Under the pieces are notes generated by a model. It made no database searches. It saw nothing but the letters and a program-made list of their open reading frames with translations, and was not told where the DNA came from. A program made the translations under genes and the position numbers. From Eremomyces bilateralis CBS 781.70 (Eukaryota), in NCBI GenBank assembly GCA_010015585.1, contig ML975157.1: a stretch of DNA of 64,000 nt; one strand, written 5' to 3'. Numbering within the stretch: the stretch's first letter is position 1; every line of letters starts with the position of its first letter. Positions 44,752 to 57,470 of the stretch are shown in pieces.

Positions 44752-46806
44752 TTAGAACTTCACCACCGGAGCCTCCGCTCCCTGGCCACGACTCCCGTCC
44801 CCATCTCCCTCGCCATGTCCCCGCTTCCGCCGCCCGCCCAGGCTTAGCATGCTGAACATCTTCTTCAACCCGCCCTCCCTGCCCTTCGCGGTGGTCGGTC
44901 GCGTCCCGTCCGCCCGCAGCGGGGGCAGCGCCGTGATATCCAGCGTGGTGGGCGAACGGATACCGAACCCGAGGTTCGGCCGGCGCAGAAGGTCACCTTC
45001 GGACTTGCGGCCCGGGGGAACGGGGTTGGGGGTGAAGGATCGGGGTTTTTGGTGGACGGTGCGATGGACTTGCTCCTTGGGTTGGAGGGTGTATTTGTGG
45101 GGCGACGGGGGGAATTTGGGGGACTTGTGGCGGTCGATGGGAGAGGAGGTGAGGGAGACCGGCTCCATGCGCGTGCCGGGGTTCGGGCGTGAGAGTAGTA
45201 GGGGGACGGGAACGGTGCCGTTGCGGTGGGCGATAGAGGACTTGCGGACGGGGAAGGGGGAGGCATCGCGGTGGGTGGTCGGGAGAGATGAGACAGATTC
45301 GGGAAGAGGTGCGATGGAGGCGGAGGAGTCGTCGGCGGTAGCGTTGGTATACTGCGTCGAATGCGAGCTCGATTTCGAATGTGAGTAACGGCCTCTTGGG
45401 CGGGATTCCACGTCGGTGATGGGTGAGGCATCCTCGGTGTCAGACGTGCGATTGTGCGGTTCTGGCTTGGCATCACCGGACCTGTGATTTGACGGAGAAG
45501 TATCGAGTCTGCCCTTCGAGTCCACGTTCGGCTGCATGAGATTTGCGATGTGGAGCCCCATGGCCTTCTTTTTATTCTCTTCCTTTTTCTTCTCTTCCCG
45601 ATCCCATTGATCCAAGCCTGGGAGGGGTGGCAGTTTACGGTTCAGGTTGATCTCCTTCTTCGCCGTCTCGCGATCACGGGGTTCGTTGTGCTCGCGAGCG
45701 CTCGCCGGTCGGCTTCCCGCTAGGCTGCTAGTGCTGGATTTGCGCTGCAGACTCCAGCTCCGCCAACCTTGGGCAGAGCCTGGGCGATCGATTTCGGTGG
45801 AGGCCCCGCGGGTGCGTGATTGAGAACGCGCACGACCAGAGCTACGGGACTCAGGGCGGCTCTCACCACGTGGTCGGATGTATTCTTTAATCTCATCCCT
45901 AATGGTACGAACACGGCTGGTTGATCGGCTCGGCGGAGGCTGCTTGGTCTGCTTCGGATCCGCTGTATCTGGCATCAACTCTAGCAGCTTTAACCGTCTC
46001 TTCTCCAGCTCTTGCTGCATCCATTCCGTCGCCGCGGCATCGGCTTTCGACGTGGCGTTCGGGTCCGTGGGCTTTTGCTCCGAACCACGATTCGAACTTC
46101 TGGCCGGCGTTATCGCCAACGACGTGATTGCTGTGGAAACGTTTTTGGTCGAGCCACTCGCCGGCGTCGCATAGCTATCTTCGCTCGACTCTATGGCGGC
46201 CGTAGGCGCCGTCTTTGGCCGTATGGGTGGAGCAGCGCCGGATGGCTGCGGCCTTGAGAGTTTCGATGTTGGTGGAACTTGGGCCTGTTGTGGCCCGTTC
46301 TCCTTCTCCGGCGGGGGTTCGATTCCGAAAGTACGGAGATTGGCAGTCCCCTTGTTTACTTCTTCTAAGAGATCTTTCGCAGATGGACCTGGTTTGGCTG
46401 CCGATTTGGTCGGCTTAGGTCCCGCGTTGGGGAAAATGGCTAATGGTGCGGGAGGGTGGTTTGATAGCTGCGGTTCGGAGGAAGACAACCCGTTCTTGTC
46501 TCGCACAATCTTCGTGTAAGCTTCGAGATCACGTAGAACTTGGTTGTCAATGTCGTCGGGCTCATAGTTCTTCGCGATAGCAGCGCAGGCCGCTCGCAGC
46601 TCCTGTTCTGTTTGTGGATCGAGCAATCGGGGAATATATATAATAGGACTAATAGGTGAGTGTTCGTCGGCCTTGGAAACGACCTTAGGGTTCTTGCGAT
46701 CGGAGACTTTCTACAGAACAAAGATCAGCGGTCGCGTTCTAGCAACCAGTACAGAAATCGATGCTCTTACAAGGCCCGGAAGGCTCAACCCCAATTTTTT
46801 TCCCAT
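44752..46806 (-). CDS. Hypothetical disordered Ser/Pro/Arg-rich protein (2 exons)
   Basis: Exon 1 MGKKLGLSLPGL (ATG 46806) splices in frame to an acceptor at 46711; then LLDPQTEQELRAAC, ADAAATEWMQQELEKRR, INLNRKLPPLPGLDQW. Confidence 0.8.
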
Positions 46807-49320
46807 TTTAAGCGTCGAGGAATGGACTAAATCGGTTTCGAGGTAGAGAGAAGCGAGAAGATTAGAAACGAAATCTAAAGGCCCAAAACCAGCATGAGCA
46901 ACAGGATCGACAGCGCGGAGAGGGCACCGGATCAACCAGGTTACGATATAGCTCGAATCAATCGAACCCGACGAGTGCGATACCAAAACGAATGGCAACT
47001 GATCTTCAAACGAAAGGCTAGTTACGATTATCAACAGGTAACTATAGACAACAATAATCTGAGTACGAAGGTGGTGTAGAGAGCAGTGGACATGAGCAAA
47101 GCCTGGGGAGCTGGGGAGATAGTATCTCCAGTTCTATTCTCCACGACAATGCCCGAGTGCCTGACAAACCGCCCGCCTAGATGTGTGGGAACGTGTTGGA
47201 GAGGACCACCAAAAAACAGGAGGCTTGTCGCACCTTGGTGATGAGTGTGCAACTTTCCCAGGGGCCTTGGTCTTGGATGGGCTTTTTTTCTGGCCTGATG
47301 GCCCATCAGATGCAAGGAAACAAGGATGATCTTGCTGGGAATAGCTAGTCACCTCCGACTTCCCAGTTGTCACTAGCACTACGCCGAGCAGGCCACTCCT
47401 AAGTTTTAGGGGCTCCCTCGAATTTGCAATATGTATTATGATTTATGATCTTTCTGGTACCATATCGTTGAGCTTGGTAGGATCCTAATCCCCATCGTTA
47501 CTGCCCTGCAGCTTCATTAAGCGGTGCTTGATTCAACCTGTCTATATTGGAGTTCGAATATAATTGTATACACCCAGTTGATGAAAGAGCCATGGACATG
47601 GTCAGCTAGGAAGTCCGGCACCACAACTCCCTCCACGCCCCTCTTTGTCTCTTTTCTCCGCAAGGGCAGTTCTACCGTGTACAATGTCCAGTCAGAATGT
47701 CAGATTCATCTGTAGGATTGGATCAACCACTGCATGATGATCGCGAAAATGCAAGCATGGATGAGACCAGAGTCCACCACAAGGGAGATCCCCAAAGTCC
47801 CAAATCACTGGTGGAACACAATTCCACACCTAATATTTTACAATTTGCACAAAGAACAATCCGTCCCCTTCTAGTGACCAGACTTTGTCCGACAATACTG
47901 GGTACCCAATCAAAGGATTATAAGAGAGAACGCTGAGGCCATTGGCAGCTTCGGAATGTTCAGATTGCTGGGTCCGCGTCGTACCATATGGCGAACAGGA
48001 AACGGAACGATGAAACGCGCTATGACCGATGTGCCAGACTTATGCCCAATGCGCTGATCGTTCCTATCCTCGAGCCGGTTTTGTCTGATCACTTTGATGA
48101 AGTTATGGGCGTGTCTCGCGAGGCGGCGTGGAGATAGTTTGACGCGTACAGAGGATTCCGTAAACGGCTCCGAAGTGGTAGCACTAATAATAATTTTGGG
48201 TTTGGTGCTACTCCTAAGTTCTCGGTCGACGACGAAACCCAGTACGCACTGCATTGGACCGTTGGACATGTGCCTTGCACCACATCGCACCTACACGAGA
48301 CTCCAATATCAAAATACCATTGTCCCAGACAGGATAAGACTTCGGGGCAAGGCGAACTGTGGAAGGAGTTCTACTCCCTTGAAGTTCAAGTTCAACGTCC
48401 ACGCCGCATCAACAATTCGACTGACGAATTCGGATGCCAGTAATAAATGTAATTACAGTGACAGTGGAGAAACTAGAGCATCGACGGGACGCCTGCTCAT
48501 CAAACATAGCGCAAACGTCAAACCCCAGGCGTTGGACGCCATTTCTCTCACGCACTGAACCACTGATTTTCCGCCACACCAATAAAAGCGGGAGGATTTA
48601 GGAAATGGAGGCCAAAGCGTGCATGGAATCTGCGCTTGCATCGGGATTCGGGAGAGCCATCTCGCTTGGAGCAAATGGGAAATTGATCGGCTTTGGCATA
48701 TGATTCGATTTTCCCAGGCCTCCCCACCCCCCAGTCCCCAGTAAAGATCCAAGGTTACCACATTCCCTGAGGAACTTAAGTAATAATATTGTAACATCAA
48801 TATTGAATCAAAAGCAGCTCAGCACTAAGTACAGCAGTCAACATCGCGAAGCAACTCAAGCAAGGACTTAAACATCTCAAGGTCCCAACCGGGTTACATA
48901 GGTGATGGGATGCTTGGAAAATGGAGTCCCTAAAGGCGTAAATGTATTTTCTTCAATCCATCATCCATGCGACCACTGCATTTCCCCCTTGAAGGAATCC
49001 AGGTCCCGAGGCTCGGTCGACAACCATGCCCGGAGCGATTAGGTAGTACCTTACTCCGTAGGCCTCACCGTAATACGGCATTGGGGAAAAGGAGCAAGGT
49101 CCGAGAACTGGAGATGTCTTCTGCTGGTTAAACGGTTAATGTGACTCTTATCCTGATCAGGCTGATCTACTCCGCCAGTTTCCGTCTTCATGGATGCTCG
49201 CAAACAGGCGAACGCCCAATCGTCTCACCACTCATGGCACAGGGAAAGGAGACACCACAGGACATTCGAAATTGGGCTTCGAGATTCGGTATGTAACCAG
49301 TCTCGTATATTCCCTTGGCC

Positions 49321-51315
49321 TCATCCAGTGCATCGCTCTTCAGGTGGTATATAATCCAATTCCAGCGCGTCAAACACCCTCTTCTCCGCATCCAGCCATC
49401 CCAAGCCATCCGGAACTCCTTCTGGTCCCTCTGCTCGGATTACGGCGCCGTTCTCTCGGCTCCGTATGCCACTGGAGTCAAACTTCCAGTGCTTCTTGCT
49501 CTTGGCGTATCGCCGGAGGTCGCGTTCAAAGGTCGTGTCGGCCGACCATCCCAGAACCGCGCATCCGACCGTCCGCCAAGGCGAGATGATGATATCGACT
49601 CGACGGTGGGGGTTTTTTATAACTTTCTCGTCCGCCGATTCCACGACTCTTTCGTCTCTTTCGCCTTCCTCACGTGCAGCATGCGGATCCTGCCAAACGA
49701 CCAACGCTTTGTCAAGGGTATCAAATCCTATACCAGTTCCCAGTGGGCCGCTGGTGCCACGGTTTCCTCGAAATGGGAGCGTCGATTGGCCTCTGGAGGT
49801 ATTATGTTCGCTTAGAACCAACGTATGTGTCACGTAACCGGACTCCTCGAGACTGGCGAGCACGTCTGTAACAAGGCCAGCGGTAACGTCGAGCTTTCGG
49901 TGGGTCAGAATGATATCCACGTCCATGACGTCCGGTTTCCGCTTGCGATACCCCCCGACCACGATGGCCTCCACTCCCTCATCCCTCACTCTCTTCGCAT
50001 GCTCCAAAACCACGGCCGTGATCCGCTCCACCTCTTCATACGGAATGGGAATCAAGAACTCGTCATAGAACTTCACTCCGATCTGCTGCGCTCTAGTCAA
50101 CGTGCTCCATCCGTACTCCACTACATCATCCAAGTCTCTCCAGCCTCTCGCATAGAACTGCCTCGCTGTCGTTGAGCCCACCCCCCAAATGTCATAGAAG
50201 AGCCTCACTACCTTCATCTCTTCGTCTTTCTCGAACTCTTGCACCGCCTGCAAGCTCCCAGTATCATGCCACTCCTGCCACAAGGCGGAGATTTTCCCAT
50301 CGCACCCAGGCAACCGCGCAACCTCCGCCGTCCGCCGCATGACATGCGGATAGGCGCACATGGACGCAATCGCCGTGCTATAGGCGCGCACGCCGATCTC
50401 GTCGGATGTGAGGATCCGTGCGAGCTTGATCCGCTTGAGGAGGGCGATGAACTCGGTGTTCGGCGGGCTGCGTGGATGGCGCCGCTGGCAGGCGTAGATG
50501 AGCTTCTCCCTGACCCAGTCAGGGGCGGGAGGAAGGGCTGCTTCGTCATCGGAGCCAGTGGTGGATTGAGTGAGTGAGAGAGGGGGGGCAGGACGCTTTT
50601 GTGATATAGTAGGTTTGGTTCGGGAGTGAAAATGTCCGCCACGATAGGGGCATTGATGCTCTCTCCCAGAAGCGGTTGGGGCGTCATCCCGAGCACGTAT
50701 TAGTATCGATTGCGTCGCATGCTTTGGTGCGGGTTTTAAAGAAGATGATCCAGCAACAATATCGTGCTCAGCGGCCCGTCCAATGCGTCCTGCCAATATC
50801 TGGTAAGGCTCAAACGCTTCAAGTCGCTGGGCAGCGAGAGAATCTTTCAACCAATCGACTCTCAGCACTTGGGCATAGTCGTCCTGATTGGATTCAACAC
50901 CTTCGTCCACCTCGCTCTGGTCCACAGAGAGCTGAGATAGCGTCGCCTGAGAATCTAACTTCGTCCGCTTTTTGGGCGGCTCATCGTGCGCTATTTCTGC
51001 TGACTCGATATAAACTCCACGGGATCGAAGCTCCAGTTCTACTCGGCGTTTGGATCGAATTTTGGTGAGGAATATTCTCGTCTCAGAAGGATCGTAGGTC
51101 AGCGGCGCGTTGCATTCGAGCAATTTGTCTTCCAGATCATGTAATTCCAGGGTCGTGGTATGGGTATGAAGAACGTGGATAGACCGTAATTCGCTCAAAT
51201 CAAGCTCCGCGTGTTTCCATTCCGCATCACCGCCTAGTATTGATTCGCTTTCTATTCTTAGTAGTGACGACGGTTCTGCTATAGTGGATGGTGTTTCTGG
51301 AATCGGTGACGACAT
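49321..51315 (-). CDS. Family X DNA polymerase (Pol4/pol mu/TdT-like) with BRCT-like N-terminus
   Basis: YACQR, LPGCDGKI HhH, IWGVG, GGYR...DVD, RRVDII, GWS...FERDLRRYA, YIPPEERCTG. Confidence 0.93.
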   Translation of the reverse strand: MSSPIPETPSTIAEPSSLLRIESESILGGDAEWKHAELDLSELRSIHVLHTHTTTLELHDLEDKLLECNAPLTYDPSETRIFLTKIRSKRRVELELRSRGVYIESAEIAHDEPPKKRTKLDSQATLSQLSVDQSEVDEGVESNQDDYAQVLRVDWLKDSLAAQRLEAFEPYQILAGRIGRAAEHDIVAGSSSLKPAPKHATQSILIRARDDAPTASGREHQCPYRGGHFHSRTKPTISQKRPAPPLSLTQSTTGSDDEAALPPAPDWVREKLIYACQRRHPRSPPNTEFIALLKRIKLARILTSDEIGVRAYSTAIASMCAYPHVMRRTAEVARLPGCDGKISALWQEWHDTGSLQAVQEFEKDEEMKVVRLFYDIWGVGSTTARQFYARGWRDLDDVVEYGWSTLTRAQQIGVKFYDEFLIPIPYEEVERITAVVLEHAKRVRDEGVEAIVVGGYRKRKPDVMDVDIILTHRKLDVTAGLVTDVLASLEESGYVTHTLVLSEHNTSRGQSTLPFRGNRGTSGPLGTGIGFDTLDKALVVWQDPHAAREEGERDERVVESADEKVIKNPHRRVDIIISPWRTVGCAVLGWSADTTFERDLRRYAKSKKHWKFDSSGIRSRENGAVIRAEGPEGVPDGLGWLDAEKRVFDALELDYIPPEERCTG

Positions 51316-51714
51316 GGTCTGACCTGCTGTGGCCAGCTTTGTTGTAGTGAAACGACTAATCGCATATTACCGAAAGGGTTTCAGTTGATAAGTGTGGGAG
51401 AGGATATCCAAAGTCCGTCAGATCATTGTCATTTATGAACACTAAGATATCGGTAGGAAGAAACACATGCTGCGTTAATCGACAAAGAGACGTGGCCAAC
51501 ACGTGGAAAGGTTGATGATGTCTTCGCAGATATACGTCACATAAATCTTGGCATACTAGTACATGAGAGTTCGGCCAAAGTACAAGGAGATTCATCTCTC
51601 CGTACATTTAAGTAAATATATGTACATTTCTCGTGTAGTTGCATTGAAAATCCGGGCGTGACTTCCAAGTCTACCTGCCAGTACATGACCCTCATGTCTT
51701 TCGGTAAGTGACAT

Positions 51715-53085
51715 CTACGCGGCAACAGGCTCCGCACCCGGAGGCGGCCTATACCATGGGCTCTGATCCTTCAACGGCTTTCCGAACGGACATCCATGTG
51801 CCTGACTTCCGCCCGTCATCGCATACTTCCTCAACTCCTCAGCTTGCTTCAGCGCAGGCTCCCTAGACTTCTCCTCAAACTCCAATGGCCCCAACTCCTC
51901 CGGCGAAAACCCATTGCTCTTGAACTGTGGACCAGGGAGGTTCTTTGACGCGAATGGAAGGTAGGAGAGGATTTTCGTGAGCATTGTCTCCGGGACATAC
52001 CATGGCTCAAACAGGAACTTCTTTCGATATATGCGTCCGTTCTTTTCCTCCATGACTTCAGCGATGATGTCGTGCGTTCGAACCAGCAAAAAGTTCCTGG
52101 TCAGGAAACGGCGGATGGCAAAGACCCCATCCGTAGCAGCCTCAATCCATTTCGGGGGGTCGGGCATGCCGAGCATAGGGCGGACATGCGGTTGGATGAA
52201 AGTGGCGGTAAACTTCTTGAAGAAGGAATGCATCCCGAGAGAGGCACCAGGTATCGCCCGCAGGAAAAGCGCCCAGGTTGCGTCAACGCATTGCTTGTTC
52301 GATTCATCATAGAACATGTTCTTTGGCTCCCACTCATCCATCCATTCTTGGAGGCCCTCGATGGTCTCCGGAACGTCGTGGGCACCCATGCGGTGGACGA
52401 GTTCCCGCCAGTAAACGAAGATGGCTACTTTCTCAACATAACTCAGTGGTCGCCACTCTTTCTCCTCGATGAATCGGATCGGTTCTAGGACAAACAGGCC
52501 CATAGTGTGGATTGTGTCGCCATTTGTGATCTTAGTGCCGTACCGTTGATGAAGCCAGTTCATCTTGGCATTCGCTTTCAGCGCCCGGTCGCTGTCCAAA
52601 CCGTTCGCTATCAATTCGCCGATGATTGCGCCAGTGTCTTCTGCCCGCTTTCCAGCGGTTGCCGGGCACGCGAGAAGACCGGTCTTGACGAGGAGTTTGG
52701 TCCCGGCAGGCACGGCATACGATTTGACCAGGGCCCATTGCGTGCCGAAGCCGGCGCTGAAGGGGAATTCCTGGAAGAAGACGCGCTTCAAAATCGGATG
52801 GGCATTCTTATAGTTCATTTTCTGGTAGATGTCGCCTTCGAATTGGGCGTCTTCCTTCTGAAACCGTTGGAGCTGGCGTGCACGAAGCCATCGCGCAATG
52901 AACACCCAGCTTACCCCAACCAAGGCGGCAATCCCAAATGCGCCTGCGCGCAACACTAACGGATCGACAGACTTGGAGAGCAACTCTAGCTCAGTAAAGA
53001 CAGGGCTGCTGATCTGGAGAGCTTTGGACCGAGAAATAGAATAAAGCGAGTGGAGAGACTCGATATATGGATGGGTTACCTCCAT
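51715..53085 (-). CDS. ER-bound oxygenase MpaB-like (DUF2236/rubber-oxygenase fold) protein
   Basis: N-terminal TM segment; EFPF...ALVKSYAVP...KRAEDT...MNWLHQRY...ITNGD...YWRELVHRMG, EPWYV. Confidence 0.8.
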   Translation of the reverse strand: MEVTHPYIESLHSLYSISRSKALQISSPVFTELELLSKSVDPLVLRAGAFGIAALVGVSWVFIARWLRARQLQRFQKEDAQFEGDIYQKMNYKNAHPILKRVFFQEFPFSAGFGTQWALVKSYAVPAGTKLLVKTGLLACPATAGKRAEDTGAIIGELIANGLDSDRALKANAKMNWLHQRYGTKITNGDTIHTMGLFVLEPIRFIEEKEWRPLSYVEKVAIFVYWRELVHRMGAHDVPETIEGLQEWMDEWEPKNMFYDESNKQCVDATWALFLRAIPGASLGMHSFFKKFTATFIQPHVRPMLGMPDPPKWIEAATDGVFAIRRFLTRNFLLVRTHDIIAEVMEEKNGRIYRKKFLFEPWYVPETMLTKILSYLPFASKNLPGPQFKSNGFSPEELGPLEFEEKSREPALKQAEELRKYAMTGGSQAHGCPFGKPLKDQSPWYRPPPGAEPVAA

Positions 53086-53827
53086 GTTATTTTACCAGCT
53101 AAGCACGAGGCAGACCAATACATTGGGTATGTACTGTACAGAAGGAAAGGGCATCAAGAGGACATATTCCAAAGATAGCCGGGCGTAAATCTAAAGATTA
53201 AGTGTAACAAGAAAATATTCAATACGAAGTCCGCTCAATTGCTTCAAACTCAGAGCAGTATTATAAGCACTCGACTCGGGTCTCGGAACCAAGGAACTCA
53301 GAGCTTCCGGTGCGAGGAGGCCAGATACTTACTATGCTTGCAGCTTGCTTCACAGGGGCCGCAGGGACGGTATTCCCTCGTTCGCGCCTCTCGGCCCTTC
53401 AAGGGTGCATCACATGGCCATTACGGGGCACTGCGATATCGAATGGCCTTTGTCCATTCCTGTAGTAACTGGTAAGGTACTCCCAATCTAGCCTCGGGTA
53501 TCCATAAGGTGTTGTCCAGCCGCCAAGTGCTACTACAGCGTATTGGGCTTGAGAAGTTAAAGGCTGATTGGGAATTGAATTGGAACATGAAAGTCGACGA
53601 GTCAGAGAGATCCAGAAATCGAGACTCAAGAACGCGGAGTGATGGACCCTGAGGTGGCTGGGGGGTTGCGAACTGCGGAGACCCCACAGTTCGCATCAGT
53701 CTGATATCACGATCGTATCGTATCTACTATCAAACCCCAAGGGCTAAGGGGGTGACTCCATTCCCGATTGACTTCTCGTACGTTTCTAGATCCAGTGTGC
53801 CCAAGTTATGTTGCTATGAGGTGATAA

Positions 53828-54937
53828 ATGCGCCATCAAATTTGGGTTACTCTCATACCATCCTTTTCAGCTCGTTGTTTTCTACCAAATAGCCTGAAGC
53901 CGTTCTTCGTTCGACGACTGGACACGATGACCAAAGGAAGGCATCGTAACAAGGGGAGAGGAGGCGGGCACATCTCCAAACCCAAAAAAGAACCGTTTAC
54001 ACATTTCCTTTGCGTTCCCCTGATCACCGAGTCTTCAAGACCCCAGCTTGTCAAATCTCTAAATCTATTTCGAGAGCAAACCCAGCGGTCATGTGAGAGG
54101 GCCGACACGGATATCAGCAGCGATGTTCAGCAAAATGAGTCGAATGAATCCCCGAAAGGGTGGACGCAAATTCCCTCAGAAGCAATTCGACCCGTTGATA
54201 CCTTGCACCTCACGCTGGGAATGATGACCCTAAAGGACGATGAGCAAATTTCTGAAGCGAAGAACTTCCTGGACGGCTTTCCAATTGGCCATCTATGGTC
54301 CGATCTATTTGGGTCCGCCGAACGTTCAGCATCCGAAGCAGAAGCAAATAGCCCGCCCAATTCTGGAGGGGACCCTCCGTTGGTGGTATCACTTCGCGGA
54401 TTACATGCTATGCAGAAACCGAATGCCACTACAGTCCTCTACGCAGCTCCGTATGACCCAGCGGACCGCCTATATAGATACTGCCAGGCCATCCAAAAGA
54501 AAATGATGGAAGCAGGCCGGATAGCCAACGAAAACCGTCCCTTGAAGTTGCACGCAACGGTGGTCAATACCATTTATGCTCGCAACGGTGGTCGAGCGGG
54601 TGGCAAAGTAGCTTCTCAGGATAGAAGCACAGGCGGGCCAATGGCCAGCAAGAATGAGGATGAAGAACCCGAATCCTCCGCGGAAGTCGATGGGAAACCA
54701 CTAGTGAACACGCAGAAAGACAGCGGGACTCCCAAGTCACGGCACAATCGCCCGATCCAGTTGGATGCAACTGGGTGGATAGAACGATACAAAGACCACG
54801 TGTGGGTGGAAGATATCAGCTTACAGAAGCTCTCCGTCTACAAAATGGGAGCTACAAAAGTTCGTGATGAGGCCGGAAATATTACTCGAGAGTATTACGA
54901 AGAGCTAGCATCGATATCATTGTATCAAGGCCTATGA
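53828..54937 (+). CDS. AKAP7/ASCC1-like 2H phosphoesterase
   Basis: THFLCVPL plus two HxT motifs (TLHLTLG, KLHATVVNT). Start may be the later MTKGR. Confidence 0.85.
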   Translation: MRHQIWVTLIPSFSARCFLPNSLKPFFVRRLDTMTKGRHRNKGRGGGHISKPKKEPFTHFLCVPLITESSRPQLVKSLNLFREQTQRSCERADTDISSDVQQNESNESPKGWTQIPSEAIRPVDTLHLTLGMMTLKDDEQISEAKNFLDGFPIGHLWSDLFGSAERSASEAEANSPPNSGGDPPLVVSLRGLHAMQKPNATTVLYAAPYDPADRLYRYCQAIQKKMMEAGRIANENRPLKLHATVVNTIYARNGGRAGGKVASQDRSTGGPMASKNEDEEPESSAEVDGKPLVNTQKDSGTPKSRHNRPIQLDATGWIERYKDHVWVEDISLQKLSVYKMGATKVRDEAGNITREYYEELASISLYQGL

Positions 54938-55344
54938 GAGTATCCTTTTTGAGCTTGGCCGTGGCTCTCTGATGGACGCATTGGACAGGTACTTTGGTAG
55001 ACCCAACATCCATGAGAATTCGCCATGGCAGCGGGTACGGGATTTGGCTAAGTACCTAGGCAATTCGCGTAAACATACTAGAGGGGAATAGTCCAGTTAG
55101 GCGAACTCATCGAAGTTAATAAGCACTATGTCAGATGGATATGGACCAGAGAATTTTGAATAAGGTTAGTGAATGGTCATGTGGTATTATATCGTAGCTC
55201 CGGATTCTGATATCAAAAACTCTACCGATGGCATGGAGAAGCCGGTTCCTCGATAACGCCATGCTCCCATCCGATGCATCTAATACCCATGTCGCCCGCT
55301 TATGCTCTACGTTTCAGCTAGATCTTCGTACTCAAGGCCCGGAC

Positions 55345-56803
55345 CTAGGCTCTCGCAGCTATGAAGCTTAATAAGCTCCCTGCAGTGAGTCCTCCAACCA
55401 AGCACATGCCCATAAACCCACCCGCGGCCTCCCTCTCTTCCACATCAACCCACTCGTTCGCACCAATCATGGAAGATGCTCCGAGGAGGCCATTTGTGAA
55501 CCCAAACGGCAGCTGGATTATCAGCAGGTAGAACGCATCGCTAGCGATCCACGCGCCTCGTCCGTTGATGTTACAGCTTACATACAGCGGAATAAAGACG
55601 ACTCGAGCCAGGGCCAAGACGAAGAGCATGTATGGCCTCGTCACCAGTGGTGTGCGGAGGGCAGTGAACCCGGATGATACGCGGCCAAGGAAATCGCCGA
55701 TATTCCAGACCAAGAAGCCAAGGGGGATGAAAACAGCATTCTGTAATAGCGGGCCGGCTTTTGCTGGATCGGTAACGGAGAATATTTGCTGGGTAAACAC
55801 GGGGAAACACATGGTGATGAGGAAGGTCGTGAAGACCGCGAGGGCCAGCGGCAGAAGCTTTCGGAAGAGCCGGGAGAGAGGAACGTATCTTCGGGACATG
55901 ACCGAAGATGCCATTATGGAGGACGAAAGAGGGTCATGCTCTTCGATCGAGAGGTCATCTCTATCTTCGGAGTGCCGGGTCTGATGTTTACGGTAACGCC
56001 GTAGGTGTTTAATTCTGTGGTGTCGTTTTTGTAAATATCCGAATGCGATCAGCGTGACCAACGAAACACCGGTTGCCGTTAGGAAGTAGGCGAAAGCAGC
56101 GGATGAGGAGCCAGTTCCGACGGTTTCATCCGCATCATCATCTGGAACGGACAATGTAAGAATGATCTGGGCAATCGAGGGAAGCAGTCCCGCAACCCCC
56201 TGCCCCGTCATGATGGCTTGCATGTATTCGTCCCGACCGAAGCTCGAGGCAAATGCAAACGCTCCGTTCTGGCAGAACCCGGAGGCCAGGCTTGCGAAAA
56301 ACACCATGACGATCAGGACACCGAAGTATGCCGACGGGGATATGTTGAGGAACAGCTTCGTCGAGAACGCGAGGAGGGTGAAGACGAGCATGTTGATGAG
56401 GAGGGAGATGACGATACGTCGAGGATATGAGGCTTTCGATTGTATTTTCGAAAGGATGATCATCGTTCCTAAGTTCGTGGCTGTAGACACAGTGAGTTCG
56501 CCCGATTGAAAGTTGGTCAATAGCCAGTCGTTGTCGGCGAAGCGGACTTGCAAGTATGGCCCGGCGGCGAGGAACATGTTCCTATGGAAGTTAGTCCTTG
56601 TTGTGCGGACCTTGGAAATGAGTGCCTCACCAGGCCCATAGCATAGCGATTCCAAGCAAGAAGAATATACTGTAGTCCACCCACGAAAACGGATCTAGAC
56701 CCGTATCGTCTTCATCCACGGACGTGTCCAACACCTCCGACTGACTCCCCATCAGCGGCTCGTACGACTTCCGCCGAGATAGAGCATCATTTAATCGATT
56801 CAT
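55345..56803 (-). CDS. Equilibrative nucleoside transporter (Fun26-like, 2 exons)
   Basis: FFLLGIAMLWAW/NMFLAAGPY, AIMTGQGVAG, WNIGDFLGR, FGFTNG; multiple TM segments. Confidence 0.92.
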
Positions 56804-57470
56804 GATGCTCCTATATGCTCCAGGCTCCCGATCCGGCATCACAACAGTTGTGGGAAGTCCGGGGAGCCCGAACCTTAATATGACGATCCGATTGATGGGG
56901 GGTGGGGATCGAACGGGTGCGTCAAGATAAGGCCCAGTGTCTTGACCACTTAGGGTTTAGGTGATCATGTCTCAGACATGCGCCTTGCGCCGTGGGCACG
57001 CGGGACAGGCTGCGGGATAGAATGGTGGGTGCGATACGTATGGCTTGCGTTGGTGTTGATTAGATGTAGTTGTGACTGGACTTTGGAGCGTTGAACACGC
57101 GACGCAGGTGGAGTGACGTTCCGGTGCAGGCGCCCCCACAGATTTCATCCCTGTATTAGCGGCCCTTAGGCATTGGATTGGCGGTCTTAGTGATGAACGA
57201 AGATACGGTATCAGCTATCATGGGATGCTTTGGATAAATCAATCGAGTAAAATGGTAGATGCTGTATTGGTACTACTGGGTTTCTATCTTCATATACTAT
57301 AATCTATCCAAAAGAACAAAGCTATTTAACCTTCAAGAGTCCAAAGTTTACCCAAACGCCAGGATATGCCTGATATGCCTCTGCCTATGTAACGCCGAAT
57401 TGATGCATTAAGTTTAAAAAGGTTCGTGGATAGCCTTTTAGCTGACCGTAGCTGGTGGCTCCAACAGCCG

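Noticed and set aside
46900..49300. Short ORFs between the disordered-protein gene and the family X polymerase
   Set aside because: Manual translation of the sampled stretches gave frequent stops and no recognisable protein.
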